A DNA stretch of 62,211 bases, counting the filler, from Actinomycetota bacterium (GTDB taxonomy: Bacteria; Actinomycetota; Actinomycetes; JAKEEW01): assembly GCA_046725875.1 (NCBI GenBank). It is 5 parts of 5 records of this genome, joined end to end, with 100 filler letters (N's around TTAATTAATTAA, not from the genome) between each part and the next. Parts side by side here need not be neighbours in the genome. Positions count along the whole stretch, not along the records: positions 1 to 24,650 come from JBKOZJ010000115.1; 4 more parts are not named here. The stretch is one strand, 5' to 3'. The notes beneath the pieces were generated by a model. That model did not search any database. It had not been told where the DNA came from and worked only from the letters and a program-made list of their open reading frames with translations. Within the stretch, counting starts at the first letter, position 1. Every line of letters begins with the position of its first letter. Of the stretch, positions 1 to 10,219 are shown one piece after another. A program made the position numbers and the translations under genes.

Positions 1-270
1 TTGACCGACGGCCGCGAGGCGCTGTGGGACACCGACGGCACCGCGGGCCTCGAGGCGCAGGTGATGCGGGACGGCATGCTCGTTGGCTACGTGCCGGTGA
101 TCGACGGTTCCGAAGACTTCGATGAGCCTCAGGTGATCGACACGATCGCCCGCACCGACTACGACCAGCCGATCGCGCGGCAGCGGTCGACCGCCCCGCC
201 GCCCAAACCGGCGCTGCCCCGCGAGGGCGGGCTCTTCCGCCGCTTCCTCGGCGGCTTCCGCGAGCGCTGA
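1..270 (+). CDS. Hypothetical protein, probably the C-terminal part (5' end at window edge)
   Basis: ORF with GC3-rich codon usage ending TGA at 270; no recognisable motif. Confidence 0.65.
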   Translation: MTDGREALWDTDGTAGLEAQVMRDGMLVGYVPVIDGSEDFDEPQVIDTIARTDYDQPIARQRSTAPPPKPALPREGGLFRRFLGGFRER

Positions 271-420
271 CGCGGCACCCGTATCCTTCGGCGACACTTC
301 GCGAGCGACCTCACCCGGTCCCGGTAGGTTTCAAACGCGCGGATTAACGGACTGGCGGGCGACGCTTGCCGTCAAGCCTGCCATACGTGCGGGACGCGAA
401 AGGGGAGCGCAGCGGGCGCG

Positions 421-1209
421 ATGGGTGGCGTCATCGAGATGGCCGACGTGACGGTCGTGCGCGGCGGCAAGCGGCTGCTGGACGCGGTCAGCTGGTCGGT
501 CGGGGAAAAGGACCGGTGGATCGTCCTCGGCCCGAACGGCGCCGGCAAGACGACCCTGCTGCTTGTGGCCTCCGCCCAGCTCCACCCCACCTCCGGCGTC
601 GCGGGCATCCTCGGCGAGGTGCTCGGGACAACGGACGTCTTCGTGCTGCGGCCGCGCATCGGCTTCGCCAGCGCCGCATTCGCCGAGCGGGTCCCGCCCG
701 GCGAGCACGTTCTTGATGTTGTCCGGACGGCGTCATACGCGGTGGTCGGACGGTGGCGGGAGGCGTACGACCGGATGGACGACAGCCGGGCGCTCAACCT
801 GTTGCATCAGCTCGGCATGAACGGATTCACGGACCGGACCTTCGGCACGCTGTCCGAAGGTGAACGCAAGCGGGTCCAGATCGCCCGTGCTCTGATGACC
901 GACCCGGAGCTCCTCCTGCTCGACGAGCCGGCCGCCGGCCTCGACCTGGGCGGCCGGGAGGAGCTGGTCAGGAGGCTGGGCGGCCTAGCGGCCGACCCGT
1001 ACTCGCCGGCGCTTGTCCTGGTTACCCATCATGTCGAGGAGATCCCCACAGGGTTCACGCATGTGCTGATGCTGCGCGATGCGCTCGTGGTGGCCGCCGG
1101 CCCGCTCGACACGACGCTCACGGCGCCGAACCTATCGGCAACGTTCGGGCTGCCGCTGGTTCTCGACCGCAACGCTGACCGGTGGACAGCCCGCGCGGCG
1201 CCCGCCTGA
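421..1209 (+). CDS. ABC transporter ATP-binding protein (stand-alone, YlmA/ModF-like)
   Basis: Walker A GPNGAGKT, signature LSEGE, Walker B LLLLDE, H-loop VTHH. Confidence 0.92.
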   Translation: MGGVIEMADVTVVRGGKRLLDAVSWSVGEKDRWIVLGPNGAGKTTLLLVASAQLHPTSGVAGILGEVLGTTDVFVLRPRIGFASAAFAERVPPGEHVLDVVRTASYAVVGRWREAYDRMDDSRALNLLHQLGMNGFTDRTFGTLSEGERKRVQIARALMTDPELLLLDEPAAGLDLGGREELVRRLGGLAADPYSPALVLVTHHVEEIPTGFTHVLMLRDALVVAAGPLDTTLTAPNLSATFGLPLVLDRNADRWTARAAPA

Positions 1210-1297
1210 GGCGGGCCGGTGAAGGGCCGGACAACCCGCCGCTGGCGTGCTCGTACAAACTCGTCGGCAAGGTCACTTAAACCGTACGATCTAAAGC

Positions 1298-1720
1298 GTG
1301 GACGACTGGATCTGGTGGGCGATCGCTGCGGTTGTCCTGGTAGTCGCCGAGATGCTCACCCTCACGCTTATCCTCATCATGCTTGCCGCCGGCGCGGCGG
1401 GCGCCGCCGTCGCGGGGGCGTTCGGCGTGAATCTCGCCGGACAGGTTCTGATCTTCGCCGTCGTGTCATTGGCCGGGCTGCTTGTGGTACGGCCAGTCGC
1501 GAAGCGGCACCTCTACCCCCATCCGACTATCAGGACCGGCGTCGATGCGCTCGTCGGCTCGAAGGCCCTCGTGCTGGAGCAGGTCGACGCGCACCATGGG
1601 CGGATCAAGCTGGCCGGCGAGGTGTGGTCGGCTCGGACCTACGACGGCGAGTCGATCATCGAACCGGGCCAAACCGTAGACGTGGTGAAGATTGACGGCG
1701 CGACTGCTCTCGTCCTCTGA
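1298..1720 (+). CDS. NfeD family membrane protein (short form)
   Basis: Hydrophobic N-terminus, C-terminal OB-fold-like GRIKLAGEVWSAR; directly upstream of an SPFH gene. Confidence 0.9.
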   Translation: MDDWIWWAIAAVVLVVAEMLTLTLILIMLAAGAAGAAVAGAFGVNLAGQVLIFAVVSLAGLLVVRPVAKRHLYPHPTIRTGVDALVGSKALVLEQVDAHHGRIKLAGEVWSARTYDGESIIEPGQTVDVVKIDGATALVL

Positions 1721-1768
1721 GGCCGGCATGGCCTCCCATGGTGGTTAACCTTCGAACAGGGAGTCCTG

Positions 1769-2683
1769 GTGATAGCAACAATTGTCCTCGTCGTCATCGG
1801 ACTGTTCGTGCTGGTGACGCTCGTCCGGGCCGTCCGGATCGTGCCGCAGGCGCACGCCGGGATCGTCGAGCGGCTGGGGCGCTACCAGCGGACCTTGAAC
1901 GCCGGGCTGAGTCTCCTCGTGCCGTTCATCGATCGCCTGCGACCGCTGATCGACCTGAGGGAGCAGGTCGTGTCCTTCCCGCCGCAGCCGGTCATCACCC
2001 AGGACAACCTGGTCGTGTCGATCGACACTGTCATCTACTTCCAGGTGACCGACCCGAAGGCCGCGACGTACGAGATCGCCAACTACATCCAGGGTGTCGA
2101 ACAGCTCACGGTAACCACGCTCCGGAACGTCGTCGGCGGCATGGATCTGGAGAAGACGCTCACCTCGCGCGAGGAGATCAACGCGGCGCTGCGCGGGGTC
2201 CTCGACGAGGCGACCGGCAAGTGGGGCATTCGGGTCAACCGGGTCGAGCTGAAGGCCATCGATCCGCCGATGACCATCAAGGACGCGATGGAGAAGCAGA
2301 TGCGCGCCGACCGGGACAAGCGCGCCGCGATCCTGACGGCCGAGGGTGTCAAGCAGTCGCAGATCCTGACCGCCGAGGGTGACCGGCAGGCCGCGATCCT
2401 GCGGGCCGAGGGTGACGCGCGGGCGCAGATTCTGCGGGCCGAAGGTGAGTCGAAGGCCATCCGCCAGGTCTTCGAGGCCATCCACACCGGCGACCCGGAC
2501 CAGAAGCTACTCGCTTATCAGTACTTGCAGATGCTGCCGGAGATAGCCAAGGGCGACGCAAACAAGGTGTGGATCGTGCCGAGCGAGCTCGGCGAGGCGC
2601 TGAAGGGGCTCGGCAGTGTAATCCCGAAGGTGACCGCTCAGCCTGACGGTCAGCGTCCCGACTCCGCCCCGCCGGCCTCCTAA
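1769..2683 (+). CDS. SPFH/Band 7/stomatin family protein
   Basis: N-terminal TM, VERLGRY, VITQDN, AMEKQMRADRDKRAAILTAEG repeats. Confidence 0.95.
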   Translation: MIATIVLVVIGLFVLVTLVRAVRIVPQAHAGIVERLGRYQRTLNAGLSLLVPFIDRLRPLIDLREQVVSFPPQPVITQDNLVVSIDTVIYFQVTDPKAATYEIANYIQGVEQLTVTTLRNVVGGMDLEKTLTSREEINAALRGVLDEATGKWGIRVNRVELKAIDPPMTIKDAMEKQMRADRDKRAAILTAEGVKQSQILTAEGDRQAAILRAEGDARAQILRAEGESKAIRQVFEAIHTGDPDQKLLAYQYLQMLPEIAKGDANKVWIVPSELGEALKGLGSVIPKVTAQPDGQRPDSAPPAS

Positions 2684-2700
2684 GCGACCCTTCCGACCGC

Positions 2701-2810
2701 ATGAACGGCACATTCACTCCATCCCGAAGGGAATGAACGGCACGTTCAGGCGATAGGTTCGCGTCAACGGCACATTCATGGCATCTGGGATCGAATGAAG
2801 GTGCCGTTGA
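2701..2810. repeat. Array of four 16-nt imperfect palindromic repeats (REP-like), the last one inverted
   Basis: ATGAACGGCACATTCA 2701, ATGAACGGCACGTTCA 2733, GTCAACGGCACATTCA 2763, ATGAAGGTGCCGTTGA 2795 (reverse complement TCAACGGCACCTTCAT); period 30-32 nt. Confidence 0.85.
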
Positions 2811-2907
2811 TGCGAATGGGCCCCGGCGTTGGTCGTCGTTTCGATCCTCTACGGGCAGGATGGGACGCAGCCGTAATTGTCACTTCGACCGACGAGAGGG
2901 ATATCGC

Positions 2908-3333
2908 ATGGCCGCGACTCGTACTGCCAACGCCCATTGGGAGGGCTCGCTCATCGAGGGGGGCGGCAAGGTCTCCCTCGATTCGTCCGGTCTGGCCACC
3001 TTCGAGGTCACCTGGGCCTCTCGGACGGAAGGGCCGGACGGCCGCACCAGCCCCGAGGAGCTGATCGCTGCCGCGCATTCCACGTGCTACTCGATGGCGT
3101 TGTCGCATGCGCTTGCGCAGGCTGGGACGCCACCGACGTCGATCGACACCCGGGCGGACGTCACCTTCCAGCCGGGTGAGGGGATCACCGGCAGCCATCT
3201 GACCGTGCGCGCCTCAGTGCCCGGGATCTCCGCGGGGGACTTCGCGACCGCCGCCGAGGAGGCCAAAGCGAGCTGTCCAGTCAGCAAGGCGCTGGCCGGT
3301 ACGCCAATCACCCTCGACGCAGCGCTCGTCTAG
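2908..3333 (+). CDS. osmC: OsmC family peroxiredoxin
   Basis: SPEELIAAAHSTC and CPVS two-Cys motifs; ATG 2908 after GAGAGGGA. Confidence 0.92.
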   Translation: MAATRTANAHWEGSLIEGGGKVSLDSSGLATFEVTWASRTEGPDGRTSPEELIAAAHSTCYSMALSHALAQAGTPPTSIDTRADVTFQPGEGITGSHLTVRASVPGISAGDFATAAEEAKASCPVSKALAGTPITLDAALV

Positions 3334-3529
3334 CTCAGGGAAACCTTTCTCGCGGGTAGCGCCAAACGCCTCCCAGCCGCCTCTTTACGTTCAGTAGCGC
3401 CGCTTTGCATCTCCAAAAGTGATCCACTGCCCCGTTCGACCCGATTCTCGAACCCGTACTGGTCGTAAAGCGGCGCACACGAGTCGGTACGGTAGGGGGC
3501 CGACTTGACGCACGGGGAGGTCCGCCGCC

Positions 3530-4630
3530 ATGACCCGGCCCGGCAACGGAGGTTCTCGGTCGACTCGGAGGGTTCTTGACAAGACGATCGCCGCGATCCA
3601 GCCGCTCGATCGAAAGGCGCAGGCGGCCGCGGGCCAACGGCAGGCACGCCTGACCAAGCCTCCGGGCTCACTCGGCGTGCTCGAGGATCTCGGCGTCCAG
3701 CTTGCGGGTCTGGGCGGCATCTGCCCGCCGCCGATCCCGGAGCCGGTAGTCGTGGCGGTCTTCGCCGCCGACCACGGTGTGCACGCCCAAGGGGTTACGC
3801 CATGGTCGCAGGAGGTGACCGCGCAGATGGTCGCCAACTTCGTGGCCGGCGGGGCGGTCATCAACGCGTTCGCCCGGCAGATCGGGGCGACCGTCCGGGT
3901 GGTCGATGTCGGAGTCGCTGGGATGCTCCCGGTCGACGCGGGCAAGGGTCTGCTGATCCGGAAGATCCGCCCGGGCACGGTCGACATGACTGTCGGGTCC
4001 GCGATGACCAGGACCGAGGCGGAACAGGCGATCGAGGCCGGCATCGAGGTCGCCAATGAGCTGGTAACCGAGGGCTTTCGCGGCCTGATCACCGGCGACA
4101 TGGGGATCGCGAACACGACCGCCTCGGCGGCGCTGATTGCAGCGTTCGCGGGCCGCGAGCCGGCGACCGTCACCGGCCGGGGCTCCGGGGTGGACGACAC
4201 AATCTACGAACACAAGATCGCTGTGGTCCGTCGCGCACTCGCGCTGCACATGCCCGACCCGGCCGATCCGATCGGTGCCCTCGCCGCGGTCGGCGGTCTG
4301 GAGCATGCGGCCCTCGCCGGCTTCATCCTCGGTGCCGCCGCCGCACGGATCCCGGTTATCCTCGACGGCGTGGTCTCCGGCTCCGCGGCCCTCGTCGCGG
4401 CGCGCCTGTCCCCGGATGCGCTCGGCGCGTGCATCGCAGGCCACCGCTCTACCGAGCCGGGGCATGCCGCCGCGCTGGCGCATCTCGGGCTGCGCCCGCT
4501 GATCGATCTCGAGCTTCGTCTCGGCGAGGGAACCGGCGGAGTCCTGGCGCTGCCGATCGTGCAGAGCGCGGCACGCGTACTCCATGATGTTTCGACCTTC
4601 GACGCGGCCGGCGTGACCGAGAAGGCGTGA
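3530..4630 (+). CDS. cobT: Nicotinate-nucleotide--dimethylbenzimidazole phosphoribosyltransferase
   Basis: LTKPPGSLG, FAADHG, GDMGIANTT, RLGEGTG motifs; GGGGAGG RBS. Confidence 0.95.
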   Translation: MTRPGNGGSRSTRRVLDKTIAAIQPLDRKAQAAAGQRQARLTKPPGSLGVLEDLGVQLAGLGGICPPPIPEPVVVAVFAADHGVHAQGVTPWSQEVTAQMVANFVAGGAVINAFARQIGATVRVVDVGVAGMLPVDAGKGLLIRKIRPGTVDMTVGSAMTRTEAEQAIEAGIEVANELVTEGFRGLITGDMGIANTTASAALIAAFAGREPATVTGRGSGVDDTIYEHKIAVVRRALALHMPDPADPIGALAAVGGLEHAALAGFILGAAAARIPVILDGVVSGSAALVAARLSPDALGACIAGHRSTEPGHAAALAHLGLRPLIDLELRLGEGTGGVLALPIVQSAARVLHDVSTFDAAGVTEKA

Positions 4631-4835
4631 CCCCCCGGATTGCGCCGGATGCCGGGCCCCAACCCATCCGGCCGGCGCCATTGCATCAACGGACTTCTCG
4701 TCAGCCGCGCGCTAGTCGGTCAGGTCGTGAAGCAAGGATCTGGCCGCCGACGCTTGTCGTCGTCGGCGACGTGGTCGCCGTGGCCCGTCCGTGGTGAGGC
4801 AGACAGCGAGGCCCCGGGCGTGGGAAGGGCGGCCA

Positions 4836-6392
4836 TCAGCTCGCGATCGGGGCGGGTGGGTGTGGCCGGCCGGAGCCCGGATGCGAGTCGGAACGCGTGC
4901 GTGGGACGGGCGGTGCGCCGGCGATCCTTAACCGGTCGAGCTTTGCGCGATACATCGCCCTGTCGGCCTCGCGCAGCAGCTGGTCCACGGTGGAGGCTGG
5001 GGCCGAGGTACCGAGACCAATGCTTGCGCTCACCGTGATCATGTGGCCGTCGTAGTAAATCGGTCGGCTGACCGCACCGGCGAGCCGTTCGATAAGGTCC
5101 CGGGATCCCTGCGGGTCGAGATCGCGGAGCACTATCACGAACTCGTCGCCACCAAGTCTTGCGACCGTGTCGTGCTCACGAACATGCTTGCGCAGCCGGC
5201 GCCCGATCTCGACCAGGACGGCATCACCGGCCTCGTGCCCGTAGGTGTCATTGACCTCCTTGAAGTCGTCCAGGTCGCAGAACATGACGACGACCGGCAC
5301 GCTGCTCCCGAGCATTGCGAACAAGCGGGTGCGCAGCTCTGTTCGGTTGGGCAATCCGGTCAACGGGTCGTGGGCCGCGTCGTGGGCCAGCTTGAGCTCG
5401 CGGGCGCGGCGTTCGCTCATGTCATGCAGGTGTACGAGCTGAAAGTCGGGCTGGCCGTCGGCGTCGTAAACGATCGAGCTGTTCACGGACACCCAGAGCG
5501 TCATACCGCCCCGCCGCAGCATGCGCACGTCGGTCCGGAGCGCGTCGCCGTCGGGACCGAACACCATCCGGTCACCCGGGTGGATCAGCCCACGGAGGCC
5601 GAGCTGGGTCAGCTGCTCCTCCGGATAGGCGAGCATCTGCGAGAGGGCGGCGTTCACCCTGATGAGCCGGCCGTGGCTGTGCGGTCGAAGCGAGATCATG
5701 GCCATGCCGCTCGGCGCGTTTTCGAACGCCAGCCGGAAGCTCTCCTCGCTTGCCTTGAGCGCCTGCTGCTCGTGGCGAAGCTCGTCCAGGGATTGGACAA
5801 GCGCATCGTTGAGCCGCGCGTTATCGATGGCGATCGCCGCCTGTGCGGCATACGCCTCGAGCAGCTCGCATTGGAACCGGCCGGGCTTGCGGCCGTCGGC
5901 GGGCAGGTCGACCGACAGGACGCCCACGAGCTCGCCGTCAGCGGCGTACAACGGGGCCACCAGACAGTCCTCGGGATGCCAGGCGTCCGGGCTGTCCGCG
6001 GCTCCAGCAACCGGCGGCGTCCACGCCGGCACGTCCCCGAGATCCGCCTGGTGCAGCGAGAAATAGCGGAGGGTGCCCCACTCCTCGGCCGATGTGAGAA
6101 GCTCCTCCCACGCGTCACGGCTGCCGACCTGGCCCTCGAGCTCCCTCCGCACGTCGTCGGGGCCGGCGATTGCGACGATCTCGAGATAGCCCTCGACGGC
6201 CAGGTTGACGACCGCCACCTGGAAGCCGATCGTCTCCACGACGCCGTCTACTACGGCCTGCAGCGTCGCGGCGAGATCTCTGGTGGTGTTGGTGTTGAGT
6301 TCTCGGATGGTGCGATGCAGTGTCCGATAGGCGGCGAGTTGTTGATCTAGATCGTTCGCTTCGTCCACCTCGCCTCCTAAGCTTCGCTGCAC
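4836..6392 (-). CDS. GAF-PAS-GGDEF diguanylate cyclase (CdgB-like)
   Basis: GAF, PAS (FRLAFENAPSGM), HDPLTGLPNR, DLDDFKEVNDTYGH, RxxD I-site REHD, RLGGDEF; start uncertain. Confidence 0.92.
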   Translation of the reverse strand: MQRSLGGEVDEANDLDQQLAAYRTLHRTIRELNTNTTRDLAATLQAVVDGVVETIGFQVAVVNLAVEGYLEIVAIAGPDDVRRELEGQVGSRDAWEELLTSAEEWGTLRYFSLHQADLGDVPAWTPPVAGAADSPDAWHPEDCLVAPLYAADGELVGVLSVDLPADGRKPGRFQCELLEAYAAQAAIAIDNARLNDALVQSLDELRHEQQALKASEESFRLAFENAPSGMAMISLRPHSHGRLIRVNAALSQMLAYPEEQLTQLGLRGLIHPGDRMVFGPDGDALRTDVRMLRRGGMTLWVSVNSSIVYDADGQPDFQLVHLHDMSERRARELKLAHDAAHDPLTGLPNRTELRTRLFAMLGSSVPVVVMFCDLDDFKEVNDTYGHEAGDAVLVEIGRRLRKHVREHDTVARLGGDEFVIVLRDLDPQGSRDLIERLAGAVSRPIYYDGHMITVSASIGLGTSAPASTVDQLLREADRAMYRAKLDRLRIAGAPPVPRTRSDSHPGSGRPHPPAPIAS

Positions 6393-6730
6393 CCCGAGTA
6401 CCGTTTGGCCGAAAATCGTCGCCCATCCGGCATGTTGTCCGACTCGGCCGAAAGGGTGAACGGCGACGATTCGATCGCTACGGAAGCGTCTGGTGGGCTT
6501 CCGTCACATCGGACAATAGCGTGAAAGCCTGTGATCGCGATTCTCCGGAGTTAGCCAAATACGTTAAGTAGTCAAGAATTTTATGACGAACAGCGCGTGA
6601 TTCGTTGCAGAAATCAGCAAGACGGCACGGTTTCCGCTACATCCACAGTCCGGATGGCGGAAACCGTGCCGCTTATGCTCTGGCCTGTGACCCCTCGCCG
6701 CGAAGCTGCGGGCTTGCCCAGAACTTGACG

Positions 6731-7153
6731 CTAGTCGTTCGGCGGGGCCGCGCTGATGTCGGCGAGCGCGGAGCGCTCGTCCTTCTCGACGGCGAGGTCG
6801 CCGAGAGAGATCACGCCCAGCGGCTGGCCGTTGTCGACGACCGGAAGCCGGCGGATCGCCCGCTCGCGCATGATTCTTACCGCGGTGTTCGCGTCCTCGT
6901 CCGGCCTAACCGTAGCCACGTCCTCGGAGCTGCAGCACTCGCCGATCGTGGTCATCCCCGGATCACGGGCTTCGGCAATGCACCGCACCACGATGTCCCG
7001 GTCGGTAAGGACGCCCACGAGTCGTCCGCCATCAGTCACCAGCACGTCACCGATTGCGGCGTCGCGCATCATTCGCGCGGCGTCGACGAGCGATTGATTG
7101 CGCTCCAGGGTGACCGGCGCGCCCGTCATGATGTCACGCACCTTCTGACCCAT
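6731..7153 (-). CDS. CBS domain-pair protein
   Basis: VRDIMT, GVLTDRDIV, IRRLPVV, GVISLGDL; RBS GAGGAGG. Confidence 0.92.
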   Translation of the reverse strand: MGQKVRDIMTGAPVTLERNQSLVDAARMMRDAAIGDVLVTDGGRLVGVLTDRDIVVRCIAEARDPGMTTIGECCSSEDVATVRPDEDANTAVRIMRERAIRRLPVVDNGQPLGVISLGDLAVEKDERSALADISAAPPND

Positions 7154-7383
7154 CGGTGTTCCTCCTCTCGTCCCTCGAAGGGTGGTACGTACCCACCTGG
7201 CGGGTCCTAAGCGTCTTCACATGCGCGGGCGCACGGGTGCGTCGGCCGAGCGACCCTACGGCGGGCCTTCCGGCCCGCTCAAGGTACTTTGGGATCGCTC
7301 CCACGCCTGTGGCGGCCGGCCCACTGACGCCCGTACGGCGGGTCGGTTGCCGGGGTCTAGGGTTCCTGCTGGACTAATTCGCC

Positions 7384-8364
7384 GTGCTTCCGGCTCGGGT
7401 CCGCCTCGTCACCGCCGGTGTGCTCCTCGTGGGTCTGGGGCAGGCCGGCTGTTCTGGTGCAGACGCACCCGATCCGCCGGCCAACCAGCGAGCAATGCCG
7501 CCGGCGTCGGCCGCTCCGATAACCCCAACGCCGTCGCTCAGCTCAGTGGCCCCGACGCCGCCAGATCCGCCCGCCGAGCTGCCCGGCGGCGGGCGCACGC
7601 TCTTCCCGCGTTACCGGCTGGTCGGCTATGCGGGCAGGGAGGGCTCAGAATCGCTGGGCCGACTAGGCATCGGCAGTATCGACGCGCGCGGCGCAGAACT
7701 GATCAGGCGGGCCAGGGCCTACGCGGAACGCCGGCAGATCCTGCCCGTATTCGAGCTCGTCGCCACCGTCGCGACTAGCTTCCCTGCCGACGGCGGCTAC
7801 CGGGTGCGGGCGGATCCGGGCCTGGTCGACCGCTACCTCGCGGCCGCCCGCCGGCACCGCGCGTTGCTGCTCCTGAACATCCAGCCGGGCCAGGCGGACT
7901 TCCTACCCGAGGTGAAGGCGTACGAGCGGTGGCTGCGCGAGCCAGACGTCGGCGTCGCGCTTGATCCGGAGTGGGCCGTCGGCGCCGGCCAGGTACCCGG
8001 CGAGGTGTACGGGACCACGACCGGGCGGGAGCTCGACGGCGTCGCGCGCTATCTCTCCAAACTCGTGGCCGCGAACGATCTGCCGGAGAAGGTTCTCGTC
8101 TTCCACCAGGTCGCATCGTCAGTCGTGCAGCAGCAAGGCGGCTTGCGGCCGCATCCAGGCGTAGTTGTCATCAAGTCTGTCGACGGAATCGGTTCGCGTG
8201 GTGCCAAGGAGACGACGTGGCGCCGGCTCACCACAGGCATGCCGCACCATTTCCGGACCGGCTTCAAGCTCTTCTTTGCGGAGGATCGCCAGCAGGGCGC
8301 ACTGATGACGCCGACGCAGGTGCTCGCCCTGCGTCCCAAACCCGACTACATCATGCACGAATAA
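7384..8364 (+). CDS. Putative lipoprotein of unknown function
   Basis: Signal peptide with lipobox-like QAGC, Pro-rich linker, globular domain with LLLNIQPG and VALDPEW. Confidence 0.75.
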   Translation: MLPARVRLVTAGVLLVGLGQAGCSGADAPDPPANQRAMPPASAAPITPTPSLSSVAPTPPDPPAELPGGGRTLFPRYRLVGYAGREGSESLGRLGIGSIDARGAELIRRARAYAERRQILPVFELVATVATSFPADGGYRVRADPGLVDRYLAAARRHRALLLLNIQPGQADFLPEVKAYERWLREPDVGVALDPEWAVGAGQVPGEVYGTTTGRELDGVARYLSKLVAANDLPEKVLVFHQVASSVVQQQGGLRPHPGVVVIKSVDGIGSRGAKETTWRRLTTGMPHHFRTGFKLFFAEDRQQGALMTPTQVLALRPKPDYIMHE

Positions 8365-8721
8365 CTTCACCCTCGGCTGCGCCGTTACGGCCACCGGCCC
8401 GTGATCACGGGGCAGCTGCCGCGGTTGCGGCGACCGGACTATGATCACCGGCACCCGATCGGTTTCGAAGCCCCTTTCCCGTCGTCGCCGGCAGGACGGG
8501 TCGGATTCGGATCCCGTCCCACCGCTGATCACGTAGATTGCCTTCGTTGGCCGAGCGACCGGCCGGTGATCAAGGCTGGGCAGCGCTCCAGGCCTCGGTC
8601 TGATCGCGGACGGCCGAACCACGGGTCGGGGCTTCGTGACTGCCTTCTTGGTTACCGGACTGGAATGATGCAATAGCCAAGGGAAGTCCGTGGGACGTTC
8701 GGAATCGGCGATGGGGCGAGC

Positions 8722-9246
8722 ATGCACATGCGCTCAGAAGGAGTCTCCCTCGGCAAGGGGACGGCTGGTGTGGAAACGACGCTTGAGCAGATCGAACGCG
8801 AGCTGACGACGCTGATCCGCAGGGCCCTGCGCTTCCGGGTTGACGACGTTCGTGGGCACCATCTGGAGCGTCCCGCCTATTCCATCCTCGCAAAGCTTTA
8901 CGACGACGGACCGCAACGCTCTGGCGTCCTCGCCGACGCCTTCGGGCTCGACCCTTCCACGATCACCAGACAGGTGCAGGGACTGGAGCAGGACGGGCTC
9001 ATCGGCAGGACTACCGATCCGGCCGACCGCCGCGCCTTCCTCCTCGAACTCACCGCCGAAGGCCGCACCATTCTCGAGCTGGTGCGCGCGGAGCGCCGCC
9101 GCAGCCTCCGCTCGCTGCTCAAGACATGGCCGCAGGACGACCTCGCAGCTTTCGCCACGCTCCTCGAGCGCTTCAACATCGGTATGACCGAGCGCACCGC
9201 CCCCGGAGGCATCACCCTCAGGGAACCCGTTACGAAGAGCGGTTGA
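8722..9246 (+). CDS. MarR family transcriptional regulator
   Basis: wHTH LDPSTITRQVQGLEQDGLI...DPADRRA..LELTAEG; start uncertain. Confidence 0.9.
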   Translation: MHMRSEGVSLGKGTAGVETTLEQIERELTTLIRRALRFRVDDVRGHHLERPAYSILAKLYDDGPQRSGVLADAFGLDPSTITRQVQGLEQDGLIGRTTDPADRRAFLLELTAEGRTILELVRAERRRSLRSLLKTWPQDDLAAFATLLERFNIGMTERTAPGGITLREPVTKSG

Positions 9247-9350
9247 TCAGGCGTTGCTCGCGGTCGACCGCAGCCGACCATGGGTACGCCAAGTTGCTGT
9301 TTGATACGCCAATCGAGCAGAACCTGAGCTCAGCGAGCCGTATTTAAGAC

Positions 9351-9434
9351 GCATCGAGCCGATTTCATGAGCTTGGCGGATCGAACAGCACCGCATCGGG
9401 CAGGTTTCGCGCGCTTGGCGGATCAAGCAGCACC
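9351..9434. repeat. 42-nt tandem duplication (intergenic)
   Basis: GCATCGAGCCGATTTCATGAGCTTGGCGGATCGAACAGCACC followed by GCATCGGGCAGGTTTCGCGCGCTTGGCGGATCAAGCAGCACC. Confidence 0.75.
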
Positions 9435-9593
9435 ACCTCGAAGGATCCGCCGACCGCCGGACGTTGTCCGCGTCCTGAATCCCCGACTTGTCTGCCACGT
9501 TTCCTACGTTCGTTCCCGCCAAGTATTGGCGAGGCATCACGTCGTACCTGCTGCCTTTACCCGACCCTAAGGGTTCGAGGAGACCATGGCGCG

Positions 9594-9809
9594 ATGGAGA
9601 CCTTCGTCGTGCGGGTCCTGTTCGGCGCCCAGCCTGGCCCGGAGCGGCTGCGTGGAGTCGCATCCCATGTTGCCAGCGGCCAGGAGCTGACCTTCGCCGA
9701 CGCGCACGAGCTCCTAGCGTTCCTCGCCGATCCCCACGGCGGCGGGGAGGGGATCGGCGAGGAACGCGATCCGACCGATGCGGTTGCGAAGGAGCGCAGA
9801 CCCAGCTAG
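9594..9809 (+). CDS. Small hypothetical protein (71 aa) upstream of BTAD/STAND regulator
   Basis: Protein-like METFVVRV..LRGVASHVASGQELTF...ELLAFL; GAGGAG upstream. Confidence 0.65.
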   Translation: METFVVRVLFGAQPGPERLRGVASHVASGQELTFADAHELLAFLADPHGGGEGIGEERDPTDAVAKERRPS

Positions 9810-10219
9810 GACGCTGGGCCACGGGTGGGCATTCCCCTCGCAATCGCAGGCTCACCCGGGCCGTTTGTGGTCCGCTACCGCGTCGTCACCGGCATCGGGT
9901 CGGACTCCAGCTGCCTATCGGTGATCCCGGATCCGTCCGGGCTCCGGTCTGCAAGGCAGGTAGTGATCACGTTCAGAGAAGCAGGGCAGCGTGATCACGA
10001 GTCGCTCGAGGGCGAGTGCGAACACTCTAGCGATCACCCTGTCGATCTAGGCACCGATCATGCATTTGTCGCCGAAATCACACCCGCTTGACGGGTCCTA
10101 CAGCGGTCGATGCGGTGAAACAATCACGCTTGTCCACCCGGGGTGACGCCGCGAGCGTGCGCTGCCCGCGAGCAGGTGAGCTGTGCGCTCAACCATGGCG
10201 CCCACCAGAGGGAGGCGAC

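Noticed and set aside
2701..2810. CRISPR array or LexA boxes
   Set aside because: Repeats (16 nt) and spacers (14-16 nt) are too short, one unit is inverted and no cas genes are present; arm spacing is N5, not the N4 of GAAC-N4-GTTC SOS boxes
3334..3529. Cobalamin riboswitch before cobT
   Set aside because: No recognisable B12-box or conserved aptamer core
9825..10091. 88-aa ORF upstream of the STAND regulator
   Set aside because: No RBS or motif; more likely promoter region
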